This document shows, in pieces, positions 1 to 8,838 of a DNA stretch of 58,765 nt. Position 1 is the first letter of the stretch. Each line of letters opens with the position of its first letter. This DNA comes from an uncultured Eubacteriales bacterium (GTDB lineage Bacteria; Bacillota; Clostridia; Oscillospirales; Acutalibacteraceae). The notes below the pieces were generated by a model. It was not told where the DNA came from. It worked only from the letters and a program-made list of their open reading frames with translations, and searched no databases. The position numbers were made by a program, and so were the translations under genes. The stretch spans positions 1 to 58,765 of the forward strand of contig CAZWLH010000001.1 in assembly GCA_964634675.1 (NCBI GenBank), given 5' to 3'.

Positions 1-52
1 TTTTGAGTTGTTTTTTCTATTATTTTTGTTACCTATCTATTGTATCATAACA
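1..52. repeat. Left copy of a perfect 52-bp terminal inverted repeat (partner 58712..58763)
   Basis: Bases 1-52 (TTTTGAGTTGTTTTTTCTATTATTTTTGTTACCTATCTATTGTATCATAACA) are the exact reverse complement of 58712-58763. Identity ends at base 53 / 58711. Confidence 0.95.
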
Positions 53-131
53 GCAAGCTTATTATTGATTGTTCGAAGAAATTTTAAACGGCAAAGCGAA
101 TGCCGCCCCGATAATTCGAGGCGGCAATTGG

Positions 132-953
132 TTACTTCCAATATTCTTTTATAAGATCGCGTGCGTAAACGATATCGGCGATCTGCTTTTCACCGGTTAT
201 CTCACGCTCGATCGTAAGGCTTCCCTCATAACCGAGAGCCTTGAGCTTGGGCAAAAATTCCTTGAAATTGGCCTTACCGTCACCGAAGCGAACCTCACGT
301 CCGAGATTCTTTCCGTCGGTCGGATAAAGTCCGTCCTTCAAGTGAAGGTCACAAACATACTTGCCGATCATATCAAGAGCATCGACGGGATTTGCCTTTC
401 CGTAAAGGATGAGGTTGCCGGTGTCAAGATTGACGCCGACATTGTCGGTGCCGATGTCCTCAATTGCACGCATAAGTACAACGGGGGTCTCCTGACCGGT
501 TTCGAAAAGGAACTTTATGCCCTTTTCTTTGAGCTTGCGGCAGATGCTTCTCAAAGTATATATCGTCTTGATATATCGCTCGTCGGCAGGGTTTTCGGGC
601 ATAAATCCGACGTGAGTTGCCATATTCTTGACACCGATCTTGCCGGCAAATTCGGCGGCAAGCAAAAGGTCCTCGGCACGGTCGGCACGGTATTCGTCGG
701 GAACAAGTCCGAGATCATACTGTCCCTCATAGAAGTTCCAGCTTGTCGGGCCTCTCCAGCCTGCCCAAAGGGTCGAGACCTCAATGCCGGTCTCGGCAAC
801 GGCGGCCTTTATCATCTCGTCATTTTCATCGGTGTAAAGCGAGGTGTCCCATATATTTATCTGGCACGACTGAAGCTCAAGGCTTTTTACCTCACGAAGC
901 TTTGCCGGCAGATCAACACCCTTTGAAAAATTAACAAGAACGCCTATTTTCAT
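132..953 (-). CDS. Sugar phosphate isomerase/epimerase (xylose-isomerase-like TIM barrel)
   Basis: 273-aa ORF with the typical TIM-barrel pattern (HVGF...E..ETG.E....NLDTGNL....). It overlaps the upstream oxidoreductase gene by 4 nt, implying an operon. Confidence 0.85.
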   Translation of the reverse strand: MKIGVLVNFSKGVDLPAKLREVKSLELQSCQINIWDTSLYTDENDEMIKAAVAETGIEVSTLWAGWRGPTSWNFYEGQYDLGLVPDEYRADRAEDLLLAAEFAGKIGVKNMATHVGFMPENPADERYIKTIYTLRSICRKLKEKGIKFLFETGQETPVVLMRAIEDIGTDNVGVNLDTGNLILYGKANPVDALDMIGKYVCDLHLKDGLYPTDGKNLGREVRFGDGKANFKEFLPKLKALGYEGSLTIEREITGEKQIADIVYARDLIKEYWK

Positions 954-1942
954 AATTCGATCACCTTTCCGCCGTTTTCATAGCTCTCTCTGACCTTTTC
1001 GGTAAGCCAAATGTCCTGTTTGGTGCTTTCGAGAGAGTTAACGGTGTTTTCGATACCGTCGGTAATCTGAAGGCAGAGGTATCTCAGCTCCTCGGCCATT
1101 CTGTCCTCCTTGCCGTATTCGACCTTAAAGGCTGCTCCCTCATTCGGGAAAACGGTGATAACGCCGTTATCCATAACAACGGTTGCCTCTTCAAACGCTA
1201 CACGATAGCCCATTTTGAACTGGAAGGTCTTCGAACCACTCCAATCGTCGACCGTCATAACCGAGAAGCCGTCATAGCCGAAGCGGGTATTGATGTTGTC
1301 GTAGCCGTTCTTGACCGAGGAGACCCAACGGGGCTCACCGAAGAGGAAACGGGTCATATCGAGGTCGTGAATGTGGAGGTCAAACTCTATTCCGCCCGAC
1401 TTTTCGGGGTCGTGGTACCACATTTCCCAACCGGTCGGCATACCGCCGAGGCGCTCGAAGTATACATTCTTGACCTTGCCGTATTTGCCGCTGTCGACCA
1501 TCTCCTTGAGCGGAATATACATCGGCTCAAAGCGCAGGCAGAGACCGATCATCATTTTTCGGTCGGCCTTGTTTGCGGCGGCGATCATACGCTCACAGTC
1601 GGCAGTCGACAAAGCCATCGGCTTTTCGCTCATAACGTGAAGGCCCTTTTCAAGGCACTTGATCGCGGTGTCGGCGTGCATATAGGACGGCAGACAGATA
1701 TCGACCGCATCAAGCTCCTCTTTTTCGAGCATTTCGTCGATGCTTGTGTAAAGGTTGATACCGTCCATACTTCCGACGTTGGCGGCACCCAAATTTATTT
1801 CCATATCGGTACCGAACATTTCGGGGCGAATGTCGCATATAGCAACAAGCTTGGAGTCGAAGCCTTCCTTTTCAAGGCGCAAATGTGCGGCTTTGTGCGA
1901 TCTTGCGATACCGCCGAAGCCTATCATACCGAATTTAATCAT
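950..1942 (-). CDS. Gfo/Idh/MocA family NAD(P)-dependent oxidoreductase
   Basis: N-terminal Rossmann motif MIKFGMIGFGGIARSH. Start set at ATG 1942, which has GGAGG 8 nt upstream; the longer ORF to 2005 has no RBS. Confidence 0.85.
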   Translation of the reverse strand: MIKFGMIGFGGIARSHKAAHLRLEKEGFDSKLVAICDIRPEMFGTDMEINLGAANVGSMDGINLYTSIDEMLEKEELDAVDICLPSYMHADTAIKCLEKGLHVMSEKPMALSTADCERMIAAANKADRKMMIGLCLRFEPMYIPLKEMVDSGKYGKVKNVYFERLGGMPTGWEMWYHDPEKSGGIEFDLHIHDLDMTRFLFGEPRWVSSVKNGYDNINTRFGYDGFSVMTVDDWSGSKTFQFKMGYRVAFEEATVVMDNGVITVFPNEGAAFKVEYGKEDRMAEELRYLCLQITDGIENTVNSLESTKQDIWLTEKVRESYENGGKVIEL

Positions 1943-2063
1943 AATTTTTACCTCCGAAGAAAAAAATATTGAATTCTTCCGAAAATATGTTACAATAATT
2001 TTCAAAGAAATGCAGTATCTTTATTTCCGATGTTATTATACTTTTTTCCGAAGGGCTGATCAT

Positions 2064-2954
2064 ATGGAGACTCCTGTTCACGTTAAACTTTCAAGCGGTA
2101 CATCAAACCCGAAAAACACCGTCAATGTTTCACGCATCGTAACTATGTTCTATTATGATTTCACAGCAAGCTACCGCTCGGGGCGTGAATACCACGAATT
2201 TTGGGAGCTTGTTTATGTCGACAGCGGCCACGTTCTGGCCGAGGCCGACGGTGAGACCTTTAAATTGGGACGTGGAGAGGTCATTTTCCACCGGCCGAAC
2301 GAATGTCATTCGGTGAGATGCGACGGTGTCACACCGGCCAACATATTTATAATCACCTTCGTTTGCAAAAGCACGGCTATGAAGCCTTTCGAGAAAAGAA
2401 TATGCCGAGTCCCGGAGTCCTGCAAGGCGCTGCTTTCGACCATCGTTGCCGAAATGCAATCGGCATACGGTGAAAACCCGGGTTGGATAACGCCTAACAC
2501 GGCGGCCGAATACGGTGCCGAGCAGATTATAAAAAACACGCTCGAAATATTCCTTATCGAAATGCTGAGAGCCGAAAGCTCGGTCGGCACTTCGGTTCAG
2601 AAATCGGTGATTTCGGGCGGCGTTAATTTCAGTGAAACCGTGAAGACCGTGATTCGCTATCTTGAGCAAAATATTTACGGCGAAATATCGCTCGACACCG
2701 TTTGCCGCATAACAAATTACGGCAAAAGCCGAATCTGCGAGACCTTCAAAAAGGAAACGGGGAAAACGGTCTCGGAATACTACAACTGCCTTAAAATAAA
2801 TGAAGCTCGATTGCTTATGCGTGAGCAAATTCTCAGCAACGCCCAAATTTCCGACCGGCTCGGCTTTTCGTCACCGCAGTATTTTATAAGAGTTTTCAGA
2901 CAAATCACCGGTATGACCCCGGGAGAGTATAAAAAATCGGTCAAATTCAGGTGA
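2064..2954 (+). CDS. AraC family transcriptional regulator (cupin sensor + AraC HTH)
   Basis: C-terminal AraC HTH (ISDRLGFSSPQYFIRVFRQITGMTPGEYKK). It is divergent from the oxidoreductase/isomerase pair. ATG 2064 was chosen because the first 103 codons of the ORF overlap the divergent gene. Confidence 0.85.
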   Translation: METPVHVKLSSGTSNPKNTVNVSRIVTMFYYDFTASYRSGREYHEFWELVYVDSGHVLAEADGETFKLGRGEVIFHRPNECHSVRCDGVTPANIFIITFVCKSTAMKPFEKRICRVPESCKALLSTIVAEMQSAYGENPGWITPNTAAEYGAEQIIKNTLEIFLIEMLRAESSVGTSVQKSVISGGVNFSETVKTVIRYLEQNIYGEISLDTVCRITNYGKSRICETFKKETGKTVSEYYNCLKINEARLLMREQILSNAQISDRLGFSSPQYFIRVFRQITGMTPGEYKKSVKFR

Positions 2955-3023
2955 CCGACGGGTCGCTGCGGCTTGAAATTCAATTAAAAATTCGATATTT
3001 CCTAAATTTTCCCAAAAAAATGC

Positions 3024-3052
3024 TTGACAAACCGAAAATTGAATAGTATTAT
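3024..3052 (+). promoter_or_regulatory. Sigma-70-type promoter of the feo operon
   Basis: TTGACA (3024-3029), 17-nt spacer, TATTAT (3047-3052), 83 nt upstream of feoA. Confidence 0.55.
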
Positions 3053-3062
3053 ATTAGCCGAG

Positions 3063-3111
3063 GTTAGCGAAAGCTAACTTTTTGAACAGCTTTTGGTTAG
3101 CTTTGCCTAAC
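3063..3111. promoter_or_regulatory. Two tandem GTTAG-N6-CTAAC palindromes (candidate metal-repressor operators O1, O2)
   Basis: O1 is GTTAGcgaaagCTAAC (3063-3078) and O2 is GTTAGctttgcCTAAC (3096-3111). Their centres are 33 bp apart, between the -10 and feoA. The half-sites resemble DtxR/IdeR half-sites (TTAGGTTAG/CTAACCTAA), but the central spacing is longer. Confidence 0.4.
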
Positions 3112-3134
3112 TAAATTGAAAGGATGACACACTT

Positions 3135-3347
3135 ATGATGCCCTTGACACTTGCCTCGGTCGGCGAACAGAACGTTATAAAGCGTATCGGAGGTCAGCCC
3201 GAGGTCAAAAAGCATCTTGAAAATCTCGGTTTTGTTGTCGGAGGCAATGTTACTGTTATAAATATGATAGGCGGCAACCTGATAGTCAACGTTAAAGAAG
3301 CACGTGTGGCCGTCAGCCGTGAAATGGCACAAAAAATCATGATTTGA
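3135..3347 (+). CDS. feoA: FeoA family ferrous iron transport protein
   Basis: 70-aa SH3-like FeoA protein and first gene of the feoA-feoA-feoB operon. Confidence 0.85.
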   Translation: MMPLTLASVGEQNVIKRIGGQPEVKKHLENLGFVVGGNVTVINMIGGNLIVNVKEARVAVSREMAQKIMI

Positions 3348-3380
3348 TTTTTAATGTATATTATTTAAGGAGGTAACGGT

Positions 3381-3602
3381 ATGAAAACACTGAGGGAAGC
3401 CAAGGTCGGCGAAACCGTCAAGGTTTTGAAGCTTACCGGCGAAGGCGCAGTCAAACGCAGAATTATGGATATGGGTATCACCAAGGGCGTTGAGATCTAT
3501 ATTCGTAAGGTTGCTCCGCTTGGAGACCCTGTCGAAATAACGGTCAGAGGCTATGAGCTCTCACTGCGTAAGGCCGATGCGGAAATGATCGAGGTCGAAT
3601 AA
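3381..3602 (+). CDS. feoA: FeoA family ferrous iron transport protein (second copy)
   Basis: 73-aa FeoA-like ORF with AGGAGG RBS upstream. Confidence 0.85.
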   Translation: MKTLREAKVGETVKVLKLTGEGAVKRRIMDMGITKGVEIYIRKVAPLGDPVEITVRGYELSLRKADAEMIEVE

Positions 3603-3609
3603 ACCGCAA

Positions 3610-3631
3610 AAGGGGATCGCCCCTTATTTTT
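3610..3631 (+). terminator. Short terminator/attenuator-like hairpin between feoA2 and feoB
   Basis: AAGGGG-atcg-CCCCTT followed by ATTTTT, starting 8 nt after the feoA2 stop. The stem is only 6 bp, so termination is probably partial. Confidence 0.4.
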
Positions 3632-3641
3632 CAACACAGCA

Positions 3642-3657
3642 GTTAGCCACTGCTAAT
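3642..3657. promoter_or_regulatory. Third GTTAG-N6-CTAAT palindrome (O3) just upstream of feoB
   Basis: GTTAGccactgCTAAT has the same architecture as O1/O2 and lies 20 nt upstream of the feoB start. Confidence 0.35.
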
Positions 3658-3677
3658 CAAAGAAAAGAGGAAAGCAT

Positions 3678-5837
3678 ATGAGTATCAGAATAGCTCTTGC
3701 CGGTAACCCTAACTGCGGCAAGACCACACTGTTTAACGCTCTGACCGGTTCAAACCAGTATGTCGGTAACTGGCCGGGAGTAACGGTAGAGAAAAAAGAG
3801 GGTAAGCTTAAAAAGCATAAGGAAGTGACCATTACCGACCTTCCCGGTATTTATTCCCTCTCCCCCTACACACTTGAGGAGGTCGTCGCAAGAAACTACC
3901 TCATAGGCGAACGTCCCGATGCGATACTTAACATCATCGACGGCACCAACCTTGAAAGAAACCTTTATCTCACAACTCAGCTCACCGAGCTCGGAATCCC
4001 CGTCGTCATTGCAATAAATATGATGGACGTTGTCCGCAAAAACGGTGACAAGATCGACACCGAGCGCCTCAGCGCAGAGCTCGGATGCAAAATTGTCGAA
4101 ATTTCGGCTCTTAAGGGCGACGGAGTTGCCGAAGCCGCCGAGGCCGCTATGGATGCCGCAAGAAACGGCAAAACCGTTCCCATACACACCTTCTCGGGTA
4201 CGGTAGAGCACGCCATTGCCCACATTGAGGAGGCCGCCGTTCATGCAATGCCCGAGGAGCAGCAGCGTTGGTATGCCGTTAAGATTTTTGAGCGCGATGA
4301 CAAGGTTTTGGCACAACTTGCACTTGACAAAATGGTGTCGGATCATATAGAATCGGATATAGCGGCAGTTGAAAAGGAGCTTGACGACGATTCCGAAAGC
4401 ATCATCACCAACGAGCGCTATATTTACATCGGCAATCTTATAAAGAGCTGCTACAAAAAGAAGTCTGCCGGAAAGCTTTCGGTTTCCGATAAGATTGACC
4501 GTATCGTCACCAACCGTATCCTCGCTCTCCCCATCTTCGTCGTTATGATGTGGACAGTATACACCATTTCGATCGGAACCATCGGTGACTGGGTGACCGG
4601 CTTTACCAACGACACCCTCTTCGGTGAGTGGATCGTTCCTGCCGCCACAAGCGGCCTTGAGGCTATCGGTTGTGCAGATTGGCTCGTCGGACTTGTTGCC
4701 GACGGTATTGTCGGCGGTGTCGGAGCTGTTTTAGGCTTCGTTCCTCAGATGCTTATTCTCTTCCTCCTGCTTTCAATGCTTGAGGATTGCGGATATATGT
4801 CACGTGTTGCCTTCATTATGGACCGTATTTTCCGCAAGTTCGGTCTTTCGGGTAAGAGCTTCATCCCGATGCTTGTCGCAACCGGTTGCGGCGTTCCCGG
4901 AATTATGGCATCACGTACCATTGAGCAGGACCGCGACCGCAAAATGACCATTATGACCACTGGCTTTATCCCCTGCGGTGCTAAAATGCCTATCGTCGGA
5001 CTTATCGCAGGCGCACTTTTCGGCGGCAGTGCCTGGATTGCAACCTCGGCTTACTTCATCGGTGTTGCCGCAGTTATCGTTTCGGGTATCATTCTTAAGA
5101 AGACCAAGCCCTTCGCAGGTGATCCGGCTCCCTTTGTTATGGAGCTTCCGGCATACCACGCTCCCGTTCCCTCCAATGTTCTCAGAGCCACCTGGGAACG
5201 CGGCTGGTCGTTCATCAAGCGTGCAGGTACCGTTATTCTTGCCGCAAGTGTTATCATTTGGGTTCTCAATTCGCTTTCGTTCTCGGGCGGCTTCCACTAC
5301 ATAACCGACGACAACGGCGGAAAGTCGATACTTGAAGTTATCGGTGGTGCAATAGCTTGGATATTCAAGCCCTTGGGCTTCGGAAGATGGCAGTCGGCCG
5401 TTGCAACAATACTCGGTCTTGTCGCTAAGGAAGAGGTTGTCGGAACCTTCGGTTCGCTTTCTTCCATGGCAAATGCCGACCTCGCAATGGACGGCGACGC
5501 CACTATGTATGCCACAATTGCCAAGGAATTCTTCGATAACAGCCGTCTCGCCGGCTTCTCCTTCCTCGTGTTCAACCTTCTTTGCGCGCCCTGCTTCGCC
5601 GCAATGGGTGCGATCAAGCGTGAAATGAATAACTGGAAATGGTCGGTATTCGCAATTGCTTATATGTGTGTTTTCGCTTACGCGATTTCTCTCATAATCT
5701 ATCAGCTCGGTCTCCTCATCATTGACGGTGTGTTCGGCATCGGAACCGTTGTTGCCATACTCCTTTTGGCCGGTCTCGTTTATATGCTCTTCCGCCGCAA
5801 CAAGTACAAGGACGACAAGCTGACCTTGAAGGTGTAA
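3678..5837 (+). CDS. feoB: Ferrous iron transporter FeoB (G-domain + polytopic permease)
   Basis: 719 aa. N-terminal GTPase motifs (GNPNCGKTTLFN, DLPG, NMMD) are followed by a multi-TM domain. Confidence 0.95.
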   Translation: MSIRIALAGNPNCGKTTLFNALTGSNQYVGNWPGVTVEKKEGKLKKHKEVTITDLPGIYSLSPYTLEEVVARNYLIGERPDAILNIIDGTNLERNLYLTTQLTELGIPVVIAINMMDVVRKNGDKIDTERLSAELGCKIVEISALKGDGVAEAAEAAMDAARNGKTVPIHTFSGTVEHAIAHIEEAAVHAMPEEQQRWYAVKIFERDDKVLAQLALDKMVSDHIESDIAAVEKELDDDSESIITNERYIYIGNLIKSCYKKKSAGKLSVSDKIDRIVTNRILALPIFVVMMWTVYTISIGTIGDWVTGFTNDTLFGEWIVPAATSGLEAIGCADWLVGLVADGIVGGVGAVLGFVPQMLILFLLLSMLEDCGYMSRVAFIMDRIFRKFGLSGKSFIPMLVATGCGVPGIMASRTIEQDRDRKMTIMTTGFIPCGAKMPIVGLIAGALFGGSAWIATSAYFIGVAAVIVSGIILKKTKPFAGDPAPFVMELPAYHAPVPSNVLRATWERGWSFIKRAGTVILAASVIIWVLNSLSFSGGFHYITDDNGGKSILEVIGGAIAWIFKPLGFGRWQSAVATILGLVAKEEVVGTFGSLSSMANADLAMDGDATMYATIAKEFFDNSRLAGFSFLVFNLLCAPCFAAMGAIKREMNNWKWSVFAIAYMCVFAYAISLIIYQLGLLIIDGVFGIGTVVAILLLAGLVYMLFRRNKYKDDKLTLKV

Positions 5838-5840
5838 AAT

Positions 5841-6005
5841 ATGAACATTCCCACTTTAATAGTATTCGGCGTGGTTTTGGTTGCCGTTGTTGCGGTAGTC
5901 GTAAAGCTCGTCAAGGATAAGAAGAACGGCAGGGGGTCGTGCTCCTGCGGCGGTAACTGCGGAGCCTGCGGCGCTTGCCACGGGAATGACTCCTCTGAAA
6001 AATAA
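5841..6005 (+). CDS. FeoB-associated Cys-rich membrane peptide (54 aa)
   Basis: Not in the ORF track because it is under 60 aa. The ATG lies 3 nt after the feoB stop. It encodes MNIPTLIVFGVVLVAVVAVVVKLVKDKKNGRGSCSCGGNCGACGACHGNDSSEK, one TM helix plus a CxCxxxCxxCxxC tail typical of the FeoB-associated family. Confidence 0.7.
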   Translation: MNIPTLIVFGVVLVAVVAVVVKLVKDKKNGRGSCSCGGNCGACGACHGNDSSEK

Positions 6006-6028
6006 TACAAATTGCTGCTGAAGCCGAT

Positions 6029-6064
6029 GACAGGTCTTACTTGGGATAAGACCTGTCTATTTTT
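6029..6064 (+). terminator. Rho-independent terminator of the feo operon
   Basis: GACAGGTCTTA / TAAGACCTGTC 11-bp stem followed by TATTTTT. Confidence 0.8.
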
Positions 6065-6134
6065 CTAAGATGTACTTGATAAAATGCTCAAAGTGTGTTA
6101 CAATACTTAAAAATCAACCGAAAGGAATGACACT

Positions 6135-6914
6135 ATGCCCGAAAAAGGTAACAATTCGGTTGAGGAGCAAAGAGCACGTCAGCGTGAGTTGATAGAAATG
6201 AAGCGGCAGAAAGAGGCATTCTCCGAGGATCCCGAGCATTATACGCCTGCCGAACAGCCTGCGGCCTATGTTCAGTCGACACGCAGTAAAATCGAAAACT
6301 TTTGGTATTACAGCAAGTTTGTTATAGGGTTTATATTTATCGTTGTCCTTATTTTGACGGTCGGCATCGTTCAGTGCACCGGCAGAACCGATTACGATAT
6401 GACCGTTGTAATGTACTTCAAGACCTATGCCGACAGCACTATGTCGGAAAATCTTGCCACCGTAGCCGAGCAGTATTGCGAGGATGTGAACGGTGACGGT
6501 GCGGTAGAGGTGCTTGTGGTCAATTGCTCTATTCCCGATGATAAACGTTTGAGCGACAGTGATGCGACCAACCGATTGCTCGGTCAGTTTCAGAATGATG
6601 AAGCCATCGTTTATATCGTCGACAAGGGTGCCTATGACGACCTCAAAAACTCATTCGGCGACGATTTTCTTTATTACGGCTTAAATCTTCCCGACCTTGA
6701 AGGCGCCGCCTTTAAGCTCAACGGAACGGTGTTTGACGCGGCCTTTGACACCGTCAGTGAAAATTACACCGCCAACTTCGATTATTACTTGCTGCGCCGT
6801 AATGTTTCCGAAAAATCGACCGCAAACAAGAAAGGCGTTGCAAAGCACATTTCAAATGCCGAAAAATTCATTAAAGCCGTCATCGCAGATCCGTATCTCG
6901 ACGGTGAAAAATAA
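6135..6914 (+). CDS. Hypothetical membrane-anchored protein
   Basis: 259-aa ORF with AAAGGAA RBS, one TM helix (FVIGFIFIVVLILTVGIV) and a TTGATA-17-TACAAT promoter upstream. No family recognised. Confidence 0.6.
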   Translation: MPEKGNNSVEEQRARQRELIEMKRQKEAFSEDPEHYTPAEQPAAYVQSTRSKIENFWYYSKFVIGFIFIVVLILTVGIVQCTGRTDYDMTVVMYFKTYADSTMSENLATVAEQYCEDVNGDGAVEVLVVNCSIPDDKRLSDSDATNRLLGQFQNDEAIVYIVDKGAYDDLKNSFGDDFLYYGLNLPDLEGAAFKLNGTVFDAAFDTVSENYTANFDYYLLRRNVSEKSTANKKGVAKHISNAEKFIKAVIADPYLDGEK

Positions 6915-6950
6915 CAGTCGGTGCACCGCTTTTGCGGTGCACATATATCA

Positions 6951-7027
6951 CCGCTCGTAGCGAAGCCGGATATCGCAGCAGATTCCGATTCTGAAGGACG
7001 GGGGTTCGAATCCCTCCGAGCGGGCCA
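6951..7027 (+). tRNA. tRNA-Arg (anticodon CCG), CCA encoded
   Basis: Manual cloverleaf. The acceptor CCGCTCG/CGAGCGG has 7 perfect bp and the D stem GCGA/TCGC carries a GG loop. The anticodon loop is TT-CCG-AT. The T arm is GGGGG-TTCGAAT-CCCTC, followed by G-CCA. The C1-G72 first pair is atypical. Confidence 0.8.
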
Positions 7028-7030
7028 AAA

Positions 7031-7062
7031 TCGGCAAGCTTCGAAAGAAGCTTGCCGATTTT
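7031..7062 (+). terminator. Rho-independent terminator after tRNA-Arg
   Basis: TCGGCAAGCTTC-gaaa-GAAGCTTGCCGA perfect 12-bp stem followed by TTTT. Confidence 0.85.
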
Positions 7063-7195
7063 ACTTTTTATCTCTTCAGTTTTCTCTGCGAAGCTTGTTT
7101 ATCAGGTAATAAGTAATAGTTTATAGTGAAGAAAGATTTTGCAATGCTCTGATCAATGATTATCACCAAACACCCTCAGCGCGTGATTTAGTTAC

Positions 7196-7232
7196 AAAAA
7201 CAGCCCGAGTCGAACGAATCGACCCGGGCTGT
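7196..7232 (-). terminator. Rho-independent terminator of the 13-kb ABC operon
   Basis: 13-bp stem (CAGCCCGGGTCGA / TCGACTCGGGCTG on the minus strand) followed by TTTTT. The single non-Watson-Crick pair is G-U on the minus strand but A-C on the plus strand. Confidence 0.8.
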
Positions 7233-7243
7233 TTGCTTAATTA

Positions 7244-8650
7244 TCAGTTGTAATTCTGTCTGTCGGAGTTGAGCTTGTTGGTAACAAGTGTGTTGCAGCT
7301 GTCAACGATCTTGTTAACAGTGTTGGCGACAGAGTCAAGAGCGGTCTGAACACCTGCTGCGGGAGCAGACTTAATGGTGCTGTAGATCTTGTTCATATCC
7401 TCGCCTGCTACGGTTGCGGCAGCCTTATCAAAGTTGTGATATCTACCCTCTGCACCGAGGCTTGTGAGGTCATAGTAGAAGTTACCTGCATCGACAGTGA
7501 GGAAGGTGTTGTCAAGGTCATAATTGGCAGGGTCGAGCCAGTAACGGATGAAGTATCCTGCGGCATCGGCGTTTGGAGCCTTCTCAACAATACCGTACAT
7601 ACGAGGAATAGCGGACATCTTAGGCTTCTCGCCTTCCTCAAGAGACGGCAAATAGGTGTAACCGACATCCTCGGGATCCATATTCATAAAGTAACCTGTT
7701 GCCTTAAGTCCGTACGGTCCGCGGATAACGAGAGCGCACTTGCCGGAAGTGAAGGAGGAGAAGCTGCCGTCAAGGAGTCCCTGTTCCTTGGCATCTGCAT
7801 ACCACTGATAGCCCTCGAGCATAACCTTATCGGAGAGGCCGCTTGAGAATCTGCCGGTGTTGATGTCATACTTAACAACAGAAGTACCGAGAGAATCGAT
7901 AAAGATATCCTGTTCGACCAGCATACCCTTATAATCGGTGCCGAGCGACTTAACGTCCTTACAGCACTTAAGCGCATTGTCCCATGTCCATTTTCCCTGA
8001 GCATAGTACTCTTCGGGAGTGGTGAAGCCGTTTTCTTCAAAGAGTCTCTTGTTGTAGAAGGTAAGGTTACCGCCGGTCCAAGGAGTACCGATGGTGTTAA
8101 CCATATAAACGTTGCCTTCAATGGTGAAGCAATCGTTAAGACCGGTGTTCCAAATGGGCTCGTTGAGGTCAACGGTCGAAACTTTGTTGATGGGAGCCGC
8201 GATCTGAAGTGTTACGGGGAAGTTGCCGTCGCCTTCGTTGTTAACGAATACGTCGGGAATATCGCCGGCAGCAATCTTGGTCATAATCTGGCTGACATAG
8301 TTTTCCTGTGGAACGGTAAAGAGAGATACCTTAAGACCGGTATCATCATAGAAGCTGCTGAGCGGAACAGCACCTTCGGTGGTTGTATGATCGATCCAGG
8401 TTGCAAAACGAACTGTTGAGCCCTTAATGGAATCCGAAATTGTTGCATAGGGATCAAAGTTTTCATAACGGGTGCCTGCAGTGCTGACGGTAGGCGCAAT
8501 AACGGTCGTGGGCTTGGATTCACCCGTGCCGGTTGAAGCAACAGAACCGGTATCCTTCTTCTTTTCGTCACCGCCGCATGCGGTCATTACAAATACAAGC
8601 ATAAGTAAAGCCGCGGCTAAACACAATGCTCTTTTGATGCCGTTTTTCAT
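7244..8650 (-). CDS. ABC transporter extracellular solute-binding lipoprotein (carbohydrate, CUT1-like)
   Basis: 468 aa with signal peptide and lipobox (LVFVMTAC-GG). SBP family 1-like sequence with its own AGGAGG RBS. Confidence 0.9.
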   Translation of the reverse strand: MKNGIKRALCLAAALLMLVFVMTACGGDEKKKDTGSVASTGTGESKPTTVIAPTVSTAGTRYENFDPYATISDSIKGSTVRFATWIDHTTTEGAVPLSSFYDDTGLKVSLFTVPQENYVSQIMTKIAAGDIPDVFVNNEGDGNFPVTLQIAAPINKVSTVDLNEPIWNTGLNDCFTIEGNVYMVNTIGTPWTGGNLTFYNKRLFEENGFTTPEEYYAQGKWTWDNALKCCKDVKSLGTDYKGMLVEQDIFIDSLGTSVVKYDINTGRFSSGLSDKVMLEGYQWYADAKEQGLLDGSFSSFTSGKCALVIRGPYGLKATGYFMNMDPEDVGYTYLPSLEEGEKPKMSAIPRMYGIVEKAPNADAAGYFIRYWLDPANYDLDNTFLTVDAGNFYYDLTSLGAEGRYHNFDKAAATVAGEDMNKIYSTIKSAPAAGVQTALDSVANTVNKIVDSCNTLVTNKLNSDRQNYN

Positions 8651-8838
8651 AAAAATTCCTCCTAAAATATAATTGCAATATTACCGCAAAACCGACCCAT
8701 TTATATAATATGCACAAAATCAGGTAATAAATTGCCTAAACATATAATACAGAACAAACCGGATTGCAATAGGTTAGTGAAATTTTCCATCTAAAAAACT
8801 AAACAAATTTCAATCTGGTTTTTTAGCAATATTGACTG

